Below are positions 36,401 to 49,282 of a DNA stretch of 64,000 nucleotides, piece after piece. The notes under the pieces are model-generated. The model worked only from the letters and a program-made list of their open reading frames with translations. It had not been told where the DNA came from and did not search any database. A program made the translations under genes and the position numbers. Source of the DNA: Centroscyllium fabricii (taxonomy: Eukaryota); assembly GCA_051313645.2 (NCBI GenBank), contig JBNRSN020000009.1:216814001-216878000 (forward strand). The letters run 5' to 3'. How positions within the stretch are numbered: the first letter of the stretch is position 1; each line of letters opens with the position of its first letter.

Positions 36401-38332
36401 GCCCAGTAACAGCTGCCATCCTCAGGAAGGAGAGGGAGAAAAACAAATCCCCACCAAAATGCTTTAAACATGCGGAAAATATTTGCATTGCCACTGGCTG
36501 CTTCTGGTGCTGGAATTTTCACCGCAATCTCCTTCTGGCCATTTAGGTAATTGACCTCATGCAAAATAAAGTGCCATGGTTAATACAGTAACCTTCATTT
36601 TAAATGGCAGCTTCTAGTCCTGCCCGTGAGGTTTTTTTCATCTTAGCCAGAGTAGGAAGTTGTTACTGTTAAGGCACCAAGCAGCTGCTGGCCCATGAAT
36701 CTCACCGGTCTCAGTCAGGGTTTTTGCCTCCTGAAGCCAGTCACACGCTTTTTGTCACTGAGTTTTCGAAGCCACAGGGAGAGAAAAACTGGGATTACTG
36801 CTCCCTTCTTTCTATGTGTGTCTTCGGCCGTCTGCAAGCCTTTGATCAATGGCATCGCTCCGAGCTGTAGCGATTTTTCTCTCTCTCTCTCCACTCTGCT
36901 TATTCCTGGGGTCTGGGACAATGAGGAGAGCAGCTGCGGCCTTCTAGAGCATGATGTTCCCTGTCCGTAGGCTTCTTGCATTTCACAAACCTTCCCCACC
37001 CCACCCCCAGCCCCCCGCCTCCCTCCCAAAAGCTGCGGTGGAACCAATCAAGCATGCTTATCGTCCAAATGCCAACAAAGACATTTCCTTTCATGCCAGC
37101 CAGCTAAGTGGGAAGAAAATGGAAGTGACTTGGATAAATTGTAGCAAAGACAGAGAAAACAGAAAATAATCAACTCCACATGATCCACTTCTGCCTGCAC
37201 AATGGAAGCCCCTCGACCTCCGGGTAACCTGGGAGAGGTCACTGCCTGGGTCAGAGGTTAGTCACAGATAAGGCAATATTGAGTGGCTGCCAGTTACAAT
37301 GACACTCAATGTGTTCCTAATTAGATTCAAGGATGTGCCTAGGCTCCAAGCAGTAAATAAGCGTGGCACCTTGCTCTAAAGCACAATAACTAAAAGATCA
37401 CATCTGAACAGTGCGCTCCACTCGCTGAATCTTAACACTTCAGTAATTTTTAAATTAGCAGACATTTTACAAAGCAATAGCAATGAGCAAAAAACTCCTT
37501 TTAAAACAAAATGCATTCCCTGCCCCCAACAGAGTTTTCTTTGCTCCCCTTTTCTAGTCATGGACTCTCGTTGGGGGATTGTTCCATAAGCACCAACGGC
37601 CTTCCAGGTCCTCAGTCAAGACGGCACTCAGCCGAGATAGTGATTATTGTTTTGGGGGAGGTGTGCTATTTGACAATGGAGGCATTACATTTGAGCTCAA
37701 TCCAGCTCTCAAAGTTTCCAAACGTGTGACTTGCAGTAGAATTCAGGAACTGAAACCATGATTGACTTTTTCCCCTTCCTAGACAAGGACACAGAGTGGC
37801 TGTAGCTCTGCAACCACGTCCCCAATTGAGGTCAACCAACTTATCGGGCCTGCATGGCCCAGTTCCAAAGTTGGCACTGTATTTACCGACCAAGCCAGTC
37901 AACATAATTAACACATGCTCAGAAAAGCACTCATTTGTTGTTGTTTTGGGTCTCCCTCCCCTTCTCTCCCAAGCAAGCCTCCTTTCGATATGTGCCTTCG
38001 TCACCCTGGAACTGCTATGGTAGAATGCCTTCCCAGGCAATTCACCATCTGAAGAATAGAGCGCTTAATAATTTAATCTGCGAGTGACGTTACCAATTAC
38101 CCATTGCAATTTTTTAAGTTGAAACAATATAAAAGTTCACGAATCAGTGCACATAACGCCTGCTATAGTGTAGTTGTCATAGCAATAAATATGGCACTTC
38201 TGCAATAGCATTTTGAGAGCAACATGGTCCAAGAAACCAGCCAGATTGAAAACTCCCAGTTAAAAAGTTGTATTGCCACTTTAATGCTCTGTTTTTGTGG
38301 GTAGTGAATGGTTTTCTCTCCACCCCACACAT

Positions 38333-39715
38333 CAACAGCTTGTATTTATATAGCGCTGTTAATGTAGTAAAACGCCCCAAGGCGCTGCACAGGAGTATTT
38401 TAAGACAACAAATCCACATAAGGATAAATTAGGACAGGTGACCAAATGCTTGGTCACAGAGGTAGATTTTTAGGAGCGTCATATAGGGAGGAAAGAGAGG
38501 TGGAGAGGTTTAGGCAGGAAATTCCAGAGCTTAGGGCCCAGGCAACAGAAGGCACGGCCACCAAAGGTTGAGCGATTAGAATCAGGGATGCTCAAGAGGG
38601 CAGAATTAGAGGAACGCAGATATCACGAGGGGGGGGGGGCTGGAGGAGATTGCAGAAATAGGGAGGGACGAGGCCATGGAGGGATTTGAGAACAAGGATG
38701 AAAAAATTTGAAATTGAAGTGCTGCTTAACCGGGAGCCAACGTAGATCTGCGAGCACAGGGGTGATGGGCAAACGGGACTTGGTGCGAGTTAGGACACGG
38801 GCAGCCGAGTTTTGGATGACCTCAAGTTTACATAGGGTGGAATGTGGGAGGCCAGCCAGGAGTGTGTTGGAATAGTCGAGTCTCGAGGTAACAAAGGGAT
38901 GGATGAGGGTTTCAGCAGCGGATGAGCTGAGGCAAGGGCGGAGACGGGCGATGATACGGAGGTGGAGGTAGGCGGTCTGTTATGCTGCGGATATGTGGTC
39001 GGAAACTCATTTCAGGGTCAAATATGACACCAAGGTTGCAAACAGTGTGGTTCAGCCTCAGACAGATGTTAGGAAGAGGGATGGAGTCAGTGGCTGGGGA
39101 ACGGAGTTTGTGGTGGTCTTCCTAATATTTAATTAGAGCAAATTTTGGCTCATCCAGAACTGTATGTCGGACAAGCAGTCTGACAATTTGTACACCGCGG
39201 AGGGGTCGAGAGAAGAGGTAGTGAGGTAGAGCTGGGTGTCACAAAGTTACACAGAAGATAGGAGCAGGAGTAGGCCATTCGGCCCTTCGAGCCTGCTTCA
39301 CCATTTTGATGAGATCATGGCTGATCATCCAAACCCAGCACCCCCCTCCTACCCTCTCCCCATATCCCCCGACACCCCCAACTCTAAGAACTATATCCCA
39401 CACACATACTCATGGGCAATTTTAGTATCTCCAATTCACCTAACCTGCATGTCTTTGGGTACTTGTGAAAACTGATGCTGTGTTTTCGGATGATGTCACC
39501 AAGGGGGCAACATGTAGATGAGAAATAGGAGGGGGAGGGGCCAAGGATAGATCCTTGGGGGACACCAGAGGGAACGATGCGGGAGCGGGAAGAGAAGCTG
39601 TTGCCGGTGATTCTCTGGTTACGATTAGAGAGATGAGAATGGAACCAGGCGAGTGCAGTCCCACCCAGCTGGACGACGGTGAAGAAGGATGGAGTGGTCA
39701 ACCATGTCAAAAGGT
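38333..39715 (-). mobile_element. L2 LINE 3' portion with an inserted HE1 SINE fragment (39243-39460)
   Basis: SGVPQGSILGP, ALAWFHSHLSNRNQ; L2 tail; antiparallel similarity to 50720-52080. Confidence 0.85.
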
Positions 39716-42491
39716 ACAGGAGGCAGCATTCGCAATTACTAAAAGCACCGCTCCACATTTGGCCACAGATCGGAGTACAGATAGCTGCACTGGAAGGGCA
39801 GGGAGCATTAGTGAGGGTGGGGTAGTGGGAGAGAAAATAGATGTCTCAGCTTTGGACAAGTTGGAGTTCATAAATGAGAGGCTGGGAAGGATAACATTGG
39901 AGAAATTGAGCCTCAAGGTGACCAAGTGTGGATAAGAGATTCAGTGATGGGTGTGAAGTTGGGCAATGTCACTGTCTTGGTCTTGATTACAATGTGGGAA
40001 TTGAAGCTGAACTCTGGGCCAAGGTTTCACACTGTCTGATTTGACCAGCGTAGCCAAGGAGGGGCACAGACTCTTTATAGTGGGTCTGAAAACAAAGACT
40101 TCAGTATTCCTCATTGAGCCGCAGGAAATTTTGACTAATCCACAACTTGACATCAGACAGGCACACTGTCAGCATAGAAGCGGCAGCAACATAAAACTTG
40201 ATTTCATCATACTGATGTGTCTGGAATTACATCTCTGAGAAACAGCATGCAGAGGAGGAAGGAGGGATCAAGGAGAGATTCTGGAAGGACTCCAAAAATG
40301 ACCATGCAGAAATAAGAGAAGCTATTGCTGGAGGTGCACTGCTGTGTTTGAACAGGTTGGAGTGGAATCACATGAGGGCAGCCCCGCAGAGATAGGCAAT
40401 GAAGGAGGATGGTATGGCAACTGTATGACCGGCTGTGTAGAGGTCAAGAAAGAACTCCGAACTTGCTTCCTTTTTTAAAATGCCGTTCACAACCTGAGGA
40501 CATCCCAAAGTGCTTTACAGCCAATGAATTACAAGGAGAGATAATGCACCATGGTCACAGTCAGAGGATGTTATCAGCACTAGCATTCTTTACTAGGACA
40601 TCAAAAGTGACAAAATTAGGTTTTATAAAAAATTTAATAGATTAAAAATTAATTTCACTGTGACCTGATTAAATGTACTCATCGACTTGTCTGTTGGGTC
40701 TTTCAGTGCTTCCCTTAGCTGTTTTATTTCAAGGTTTCAGCCAATTTAATACTCCTAACATCTGACTGGATATCCCCCACCCCTGCTCTCTCCCCCCCAC
40801 CCCCACAGAGTGTTTACAACATCTCCTAGCATGCACCATAATTCTTTACCTTTTTGAAAAGGACTTTGGAACAAACTGCAGTGAATGCTCAAAGCTTTAT
40901 TTCGATAAGTGTCACATTATGAACAAAAACTCATTCTGTTATGATCGTACACAACAACTGAGATTAACACCTGAAGTTTCTTTGTTGACAGAAAGCAAAA
41001 TAACCTTTATTTCAAGAATGGATTTATTTTTTTCAGCGGAAAGATTGAAGATGATTTCAATTTAATTAACCAGGAGATTTTAAACATAACTGGAAGATGA
41101 ATTTTAACTATTAATGGTGTACTTGTGTGCATGTGCATTTATGAGAATTTGTTTATGGACATTTGTGTTTATTAAAATCTGTATGTCAGCAAATTCACTA
41201 ATGGTGCACTAAGTGTTTTATGTCAGGAACACAAAGACAGGAATCTCTGATGATGAGAAACGCAGTGGGAGTAGGCACAGGAGTGGTGTGAATAGAAGAA
41301 TGAAATGTGGGAACTCAGTGGGGAGGTTATCAGATCCCAGCAACCCCCAATGCTTCCAGTCCCCCTCACCAGGACACAACCCCCAATGCTTCCAGTCCCC
41401 CTCACCAGGACACAACCCCCAATGCTTCCAGTCCCCCTCACCAGGACACAACCCCCAATGCTTCCAGTCCCCCTCACCAGGACACAACCCCCAATGCTTC
41501 CAGTCTCCCTCACCAGGACACAACCCCCAATGCTTCCAGTCCCCCTCACCAGGACCCCCCCCCCCTCAATGCTTCCAGTCCCCCTCACCAGGACACACCC
41601 CCCAATGCTTCCAGTCCCCCTCACCAGGACACAACCCCAATGCTTCCAGTCCCCCTCACCAGGACACCCCCCCCAATGCTTCCAGTCCCCCTCACCAGGA
41701 CACCACCCCCAATGCTTCCAGTCCCCCTCACCAGGACACCCCCCCCCCTCAATGCTTCCAGTCCCCCTCACCAGGACACAACCCCCAATGCTTCCAGTCC
41801 CACTCACCAGGACACCCCCCGCAATGCTTCCAGTCCCCCTCACCAGGACACCACCCCCAATGCTTCCAGTCCCCCTCACCAGGACACCACCCCCAATGCT
41901 TCCAGTCCCCCTCACCAGGACACCCCCCCCCCTCAATGCTTCCAGTCCCCCTCACCAGGACACAACCCCCAATGCTTCCAGTCCCACTCACCAGGACACC
42001 CCCCCCTCCCAATGCTTCCAGTCCCCCTCAGCAGGACACAACCCCCAATTCTTCCAGTCCCCCTCACCAGGACACAACCCCAATGCTTCCAGTCCCCCTC
42101 ACCAGGACACAACCCCCAATGCTTCCAGTTCCCCTCACCGGACAACCCCCCCAATGCTTCCAGTCCCCCTCACCAGGACACAACCCCCAATGCTTCCAGT
42201 CCCCCTCACCAGGACACCCCCCCCCCCAATGCTTCCAGTCCCCCTCACCAGGACCCCCCCCCCCCGCAATGCTTCCAGTCCCCCTCACCAGGACACCCCC
42301 CCCCCAATGCTTCCAGTCCCCCTCACCAGGACACCCCCCCCCCAATGCTTCCAGTCCCCCTCACCAGGACACAACCCCCAATGCTTCCAGTCCCCCTCAC
42401 CAGGACACAACCCCCAATGCTTCCAGTCCCCCTCACCAGGATACAACCCCCAATGCCTCCAGTCCCCCTCACCAGGACACCCGCCCCAATG

Positions 42492-43163
42492 GAAGCAGAA
42501 GACACACCCCCATCTTCATCCAAGGGGCTGAGGTGGAAAGGGTGTCCAGCTTCAAGTTCCTCGGGGTCCACATCTCGGAAGATCTCTCCTGGTCACTAAA
42601 CACCTCCTCTCTGGTTAAGAAGGCCCAACAGCGCCTGTACTTCCTAAGGAAGCTGAAGAAAGCCAGGCTGTCATCTGGCATCCTCTCCAACTTCTACCGC
42701 TGCACAATAGAAAGCATACTGACCAGCTGCATCACTGTCTGGTATGGTAATTGCACTATCTCGGACCGGAAAACCCTGCAGCGGGTAGTCAAAACTGCCC
42801 AACGAATTACCGGTACACAGCTACCGTCAATGGAAAGCATCTACCTCAAACGCTGCTTACGGAGGTCTATGAACATTATTAAAGACCCCACACACCCCAG
42901 CCACAGTCTGTTCGCCCCCCTGGAGACGCTACAGAGTAATTCGCACCCGCACGACTAGATTTCAGAACAGCTTCTTCCCCAGGGCTGTCAGACTCCTGAA
43001 CTCTAAAAAAGAAACTCCGGTACCTGCACGCCTGATAATGTACTTTACTGTATGCAATTTGCATGTAATTTATTTGCACTACTCTCGGGAGAGTCGAGTC
43101 TTCGTCTCGTTGTATTGTACTAGTACTCTGCAATGACAATAAAACTTGAATTGAATTGAATTG
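42492..43163 (+). mobile_element. Rex1/Babar LINE 3' fragment, copy 1
   Basis: VERVSSFKFLGVHISEDLSW..KKAQQRLYFLRKL..FYRCTIESILT; (TTGAA)n tail. Confidence 0.92.
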
Positions 43164-43502
43164 AATGCTTCCAGTCCCCCTCACCAGGACACAACCCCCA
43201 ATGCTTCCAGTACCCCTCACCAGGACACCCCCCCCCCCCCCAATGCTTCCAGTCCCCCTCACCAGGACACCCCCCCCCCCCCAATGCTTCCAGTCCCCCT
43301 CACCAGGACACAACCCCCAATGCTTCCAGTCCCCCTCACCAGGACACAACCCCCAATGCTTCCAGTCCCCCTCACCAGGACACAACCCCCAATGCTTCCA
43401 GTCCCCCTCACCAGGACACAACCCCCAATGCTTCCAGTCCCCCTCACCAGGATACAACCCCCAATGCCTCCAGTCCCCCTCACCAGGACACCCGCCCCAA
43501 TG

Positions 43503-44174
43503 GAAGCAGAAGACACACCCCCATCTTCATCCAAGGGGCTGAGGTGGAAAGGGTGTCCAGCTTCAAGTTCCTCGGGGTCCACATCTCGGAAGATCTCTCC
43601 TGGTCACTAAACACCTCCTCTCTGGTTAAGAAGGCCCAACAGCGCCTGTACTTCCTAAGGAAGCTGAAGAAAGCCAGGCTGTCATCCGGCATCCTCTCCA
43701 ACTTCTACCGCTGCACAATAGAAAGCATACTGACAAGCTGCATCACTGTCTGGTATGGTAATTGCACTATCTCGGACCGGAAAACCCTGCAGCGGGTAGT
43801 CAAAACTGCCCAACGAATTACCGGTACACAGCTACCGTCAATGGAAAGCATCTACCTCAAACGCTGCTTACGGAGGTCTATGAACATTATTAAAGACCCC
43901 ACACACCCCAGCCACAGTCTGTTCGCCCCCCTGGAGACGCTACAGAGCAATTCGCACCCGCACAACTAGATTTCAGAACAGCTTCTTCCCCAGGGCTGTC
44001 AGACTCCTGAACTCTAAAAAAGAAACTCCGGTACCTGCACGCCTGATAATGTACTTTACTGTATGCAATTTGCATGTAATTTATTTGCACTACTCTCGGG
44101 AGAGTCGAGTCTTCGTCTCGTTGTATTGTACTAGTACTCTGCAATGACAATAAAACTGGAATTGAATTGAATTG
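43503..44174 (+). mobile_element. Rex1/Babar LINE 3' fragment, copy 2
   Basis: Same breakpoints as copy 1, offset 1011 bp, 5 visible substitutions. Confidence 0.92.
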
Positions 44175-44619
44175 AATGCTTCCAGTCCCCCTCACCAGGA
44201 CACAACCCCCAATGCTTCCAGTACCCCTCACCAGGACACCCCCCCCCCCCCCCCCAATGCTTCCAGTCCCCCTCACCAGGACACAACCCCCAATGCTTCC
44301 AGTCCCCCTCACCAGGACACAACCCCCAATGCTTCCAGTCCCCCTCACCAGGACACAACCCCCAATGCTTCCAGTCCCCCTCACCAGGACACCCCCCCCC
44401 AATGCTTCCAGTCCCCCTCACCAGGACACATCCCCCATACTCCAGTCCCAGATCCGAGGTCCCCCTCAGTGCTCACAAATCCCTAACCCACACTCCCAGA
44501 CCTTTGTATCACACATCATGCTTGGAACTCACCTGTTCTTCCTACTCCTCCACTGCTGCCTGACCCCAGGACCACCCCCAATGTTCCGACACCCTGTGAC
44601 CTTCCTCTCCAATGCTCCG

Positions 44620-44720
44620 AGATCCCAGGACCCCTCTGCCAGTGATACCAGATCCCAGGAACCCTCTGCCAGTGATACCAGATCCCAGGACCCCTCTGCC
44701 AGTGATACCAGATCCCAGGA
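44620..44720. repeat. 30-bp tandem repeat, ~3.3 copies
   Basis: agatcccaggacccctctgccagtgatacc repeated. Confidence 0.85.
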
Positions 44721-45589
44721 TCTGACCCACTGTTCGGAGATCACTCTGCTTAGCCCCTAGACCCTCTCCCATCACAACTAAACCCCAGGATCCCTTTAAT
44801 GTACGACTAAATCAAAGATCCCATCCCAGTCCTGCCAAGCCCCCAGATCCTCTTTCCAGTGCACCCAGATCCTAATACATCTCCCTGAACATAGATAAAT
44901 CAGTGATCCGATAACATCACTTGGACATAACAATTATAAAGTCATTGACTTATAGTAAACAATGCAACAAGAGATCTGCTAGTATTATAAGAGAGCACTT
45001 TTCCTGCAAGGTCAAACATTTCCTGTAGCGTTTTCCCTACCACTTTGTTGGTAACACCCCTATTATAAAACAGGGTATTCTCCAATTCAAGAGCAATACA
45101 CACACACAGAATAATGCTTATCTTAAATAGATTTGTACTATAGCCCATGTATCCCAGTGCTGAGGAACCTGCCCCGTTTATATTGTATGGCAGTTTCCAC
45201 AACATGGGACAATGAAAAAATAACTACACAGATCCACCATTATCTATTTCAACCAGCTTAAGGACAAGTGGTCAAGCTAGTGAGCAAGCATTTGCAAATT
45301 GGACTGTGTCAACTGACAGCCTCTCAGCCCACTGGCATCCAGAAAATATGGCAGCCTTCACCTCTGGCAGCAATATTTAGATCACTGCTCAGGATACATT
45401 GGAGTGTCGGTGATATATCAGAGCATGACAATGAAACACAGCAGAGTTTAAATGAATACATGTTACAGCAAGGGCCAAGTTATAGCACAGCATTAAAAAG
45501 TGAGGCATAGAAGAAATTGTAGTACATCTACAATCTTTATAGAATAGGCCTGTGAAAGTTGGAGAGTAGTATACGAAAATATTACAGTG

Positions 45590-46000
45590 AGGGCTCTGTC
45601 ACATCTCAGAAACATTGCAAAATGCTCGATATACAAGGAGTTACTTACAAGGAAGTGCGGTTACTGTTACACAGGCAAGCATAGAAGTCACTGCACAAAA
45701 GATCCCACTAACAATAAGATGAATGACCAGTTAATTTGGTTTTCATGATACTGGTTGAGGGAGGAATGTTGTCAGGACACTGGAAGAATGATGGCTCTTC
45801 TTCGAATAGTGCCATGGGATCTTTAACATCCAACATGCAGACAGGCCTTACCGTCTCATCTGAAAAAATGGCATCTCTATCAATGTAGCAATCAATCAGT
45901 ACTACACTGGTGCGTTGGCCTAAATTAGATGCACATTTCTTGGAGAGGGACTTGAACCCACAACTTTCAGGCGAGTGTACTACCAAATGAAACAAGCTGA
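45590..46000 (-). mobile_element. DeuSINE, diverged near-full-length copy
   Basis: gctcttcttcgaatagtgccatgggatcttt core and ggacttgaaccc B-box complement. Confidence 0.7.
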
Positions 46001-47017
46001 CTGTGGTATATTACTAAGCAATACACTAAGGAGCATTCTATGTTACAGCAGCAATATCACATTATCAAGACTTTATGATGTGAATTTACAACAGAAACGA
46101 TCTTTTTTCAAATGTCAGATATTGTTACTCAAAACAAACAGGCAGTCAGTCACTGGTCTGCAACAATAAGAGACACAACCACACATTCAGTGAATTATGT
46201 TTCATCTATCAGTTAAAAAGCAGGTATGAAACTCTGCTCTTGCAGAACAGCTCAGTCCCAGTAGAACATCCCTTTTATCAAGATACCCTGTACTTCACTG
46301 GTACACCATATTCCAATGATTTGACTTCAAAGTTCTCATCCTAACTTTCAAATCACTTTATGGTATCACCCTACCCGACATTAGTTATATCCTCCTGTGT
46401 TATGTACCGATGTGCACCTACCATGCCTCTGACACTATTCTCATCTCCACTCCTTTTCCTCCACCATAGGTGGCAACTTTTTCAACCATTATGCTTCTGT
46501 TCTCCGCATTTCAATGTCCAGTAACCTCCGCCTTGCCATCTCTATTCCTGCTTTTAAAACCCTTATCTTCACCCAGGCCTTCAATTCCCCACCACCCCAA
46601 TCTCCATTTTCCTCTCGTTGCCCTCCTGCTTGGCACCCATTGTTTTACCCCCTTTATTACAAAAATATTTTGAGATGTCTTCCTGCATATATAAATGCAA
46701 GTGGTCAGTGGTGTCCCTAAAGCCAGTGTGGTCTTCAGAGATAGCTCTGTAACACAGAACAGGTGCAATACATACTTCAAGAGGCACAGACCATCACCCT
46801 GTTGCAAACAGCTGCCACTACTTGCCATGAGGCAGTTACTTATTCTGGCATGCTGTCGGACTGAGTTTTCAGGCTGAACAAACCGACTAGCAATATGATT
46901 TTTATATCTGTAGCCGGTACACAATTTCACCCACCCCTCCCCCACACCACTGGGCATGTCCGCTGCTGAATTGGGAAAGATGCGTACACAATCTTACTAC
47001 AGCTAGCCAGACACAAT

Positions 47018-47821
47018 GGGCCAGAATTTCGGGTGTCTCAAACCAGATGCCCACGCACGAACGGGTCCAAAATGCCCCGTGCGATGAACGCACGGGAGAT
47101 GCCCACGGATCCGAGATTTCTGATGCTGAGGGAGAAGGGCCCTCAGCATCAAACGCAGGAGTGAGTTGCACCCAGAATTTGGGCTCCAAAAGGGTGATTT
47201 TTGGTCAGTGATTCTGTGGGCAACGGGCCCACAAGCTGCACGGGAGAAAACCAGTTGTAACTCGTGCGTGACGGAGTAAAATGCATTTTTAAACAAGGTA
47301 AGTTATTTTTTTACCTTTAATTTTAAGTTTTAACAGTTTTGGGGAGTAATGTGGCCAGATCGGTATCAATAAATTTGGATGTTAAGGTTTTAAAAAAAAA
47401 TTACAAATCAGATTTTGAATTGCTATACCTATTCCAAATCGCTAATTTTTAAATTTAGAGTTCTGAAATTTTTAACTAATTTAGTGAAGTTAAAAAACTA
47501 AGAAAAAATCGCTGACTTACCTTCGGTCAAAAGCTGGTCTGGCCGCGCTGCTCACTGCTGAGTCTGTGAGCGCAGCGCCTCACGTCCCTGCTCTCACAAA
47601 GGTCCGACTCGGGATCTGTGGGCGTTTTTAAATTTAAATTGGGGATCTGTGGGCGGGGCATACACTGCGTTCCTAGCGTGGCTGGACTGCCACGTTGCGC
47701 AGGAAGGGGGCGGAGCCGAGCCGAAATGCTGGGAGTAAAAAAAGTGCGATGTTGGTGCGGTTCGTTAGGGATCCGCATGGTCCTAGTTCCCCACCAACCG
47801 GCAAACCCGAAATTCTGGCCG
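47018..47821. mobile_element. PIF/Harbinger-like MITE
   Basis: Perfect 16-bp IR ggccagaatttcgggt (47019-47034) / acccgaaattctggcc (47805-47820); AAT on both sides as a putative 3-bp TSD. Confidence 0.75.
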
Positions 47822-48290
47822 AATAAGTTGGTATTGGCAACAGAAAATGCTGGAAGTTGGTATTGGCTCCTAGTCTGCAAATCTGTCCTGCAGGGAAAAC
47901 CAGGTAAATTCCAAAATGTTGGAAAACCAGTAAGTGTGGAAGTACATCCAATGGATGAGGCGCCACAATATAAATGGGACATAAAATTCCAATACACAAT
48001 TCCCTGCCACTCCATTGCATAGAAATCCCAGTAGGATCTGTTCTGCAGTAGCTATGTTTATTCGGCCCCAAATGCACTTAAACATTCAGCGAGACATCTG
48101 GCCTCAGCAAGTATACATTCACCCAGAGATGTCAGGTCACAGTAAACAATATAACTGAAGAACGGCAAGGCTGCCCCATCTTATGATTACTAGAACGTGG
48201 GAATCACAATACATTAAAGGGAAAATAACCTTATTTTTAAAAATGGAGGTTGTTCTCCTTAGAGCAGAGAATGCCAAGAGGAAATTTGAT

Positions 48291-48411
48291 GTGGAGATGC
48301 CGGTGTTGGACTGGGGTGGACAAATGCAAGAAGTCACACAACACCAGGTTATAGTCCAACAGTTTTATTTGAAATCACAAGCTTTCGGAGCACAGCTCCT
48401 TCCTCAGATGA
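48291..48411 (-). mobile_element. Penelope-like terminal-repeat insertion with 15-bp TSD
   Basis: Flanks aagaggaaatttgat (48276-48290) and aagaggagatttgat (48412-48426); contains AATAAA and a hammerhead core on the minus strand. Confidence 0.75.
48375..48411 (-). ncRNA. Minimal type I hammerhead ribozyme motif
   Basis: ucau-CUGAGGA-a-ggagc-ugu-gcucc-GAAA-GC-UU-guga: core, 5-bp stem II, palindromic AAGCUU stem III, 4-bp stem I. Confidence 0.65.
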
Positions 48412-49282
48412 AAGAGGAGATTTGATAGATGTATTTAAAATCATGAAGGATTTAGATAGAGTTAATAAAGAGAAATTGTTTCTAATGGCTGTCGGGTTGA
48501 TAATGAGAGGGCACAGATTTAAGGTGATTGGCAAAAGAACCAGAGGCTACATGAGGAAAAGCCTTTTTACGTAACCAGTGATGAGGATTTGGAAACACTG
48601 CCTAATAAGGTGGTGGATACAGATTCAATAGTAGCTTTCAAAAAGGGAATTGGATCAATACTTGGGAGAAAAAACTGCATGGATACGGGGAAAGAGCGGA
48701 GGAGTGGGACTAACTGAATTGCTCTTCGAAAGGGCCGGCGCACTCGATGGGCTGAATGGTCTCCTTCTGTGCTGTACTATTCCATGATTCTATAATGCAG
48801 CTACAAGGACCTTCCATTAGAAACTTTGCAACAAAAAGTGAAGATAAACCCCAAGTTCAAGTGCAGGATATCACCAGGGCTGCAGCAAGTAATAGGGGAG
48901 GAGGCCAGGTAGTAATGGTTAGGTGATCGTAACTTTTGCAAAACTGAAGATTCTAGGAGGAAGGGAAGATTAAGAGAGGCAAGGAACTCCACACAGTTCA
49001 GGTCCTTGGAAACGCAGTGATGCCCCTTGCATCAACGGTGGCAATGTAGGGTGAAGGGAGAGAGTAGGATGTTGCATTACGCAGCAGTTGTATCAAAAGA
49101 CAGCATCACCAGACTCTTAAAGCACTAGTGATAGAGATGGAATGCCCCCCTAAATTTAAAACCATTTTAAATTCTGCGCAGTTTGTAAATCCCACTGCCT
49201 CTGCATTGTGAACTGCACGATCAGAACAACTTTAATTAAAAATAAAAATCATACAAACAAATGATGTATTTATTAGCTCCAA

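Larger units (their letters stand above)
41341..44430. repeat. ~36-bp minisatellite (AATGCTTCCAGTCCCCCTCACCAGGACACAACCCCC) with variable C-tract, containing two Rex1 fragments
   Basis: Direct reading; explains the repetitive ORFs in all frames. Confidence 0.95.
48243..48793 (+). mobile_element. Old CR1 3' fragment interrupted by a 121-bp Penelope-derived insertion
   Basis: RGDLI.VFKIMK- and RGHRFKV-like sequence; tail gggctgaatggtctccttctgtgctgta. Confidence 0.75.

Noticed and set aside
41213-42958. 581-aa Pro-rich ORF fused to an RT C-terminus
   Set aside because: Stop-free minisatellite running by chance into a truncated Rex1 fragment; GTG start, no catalytic RT core
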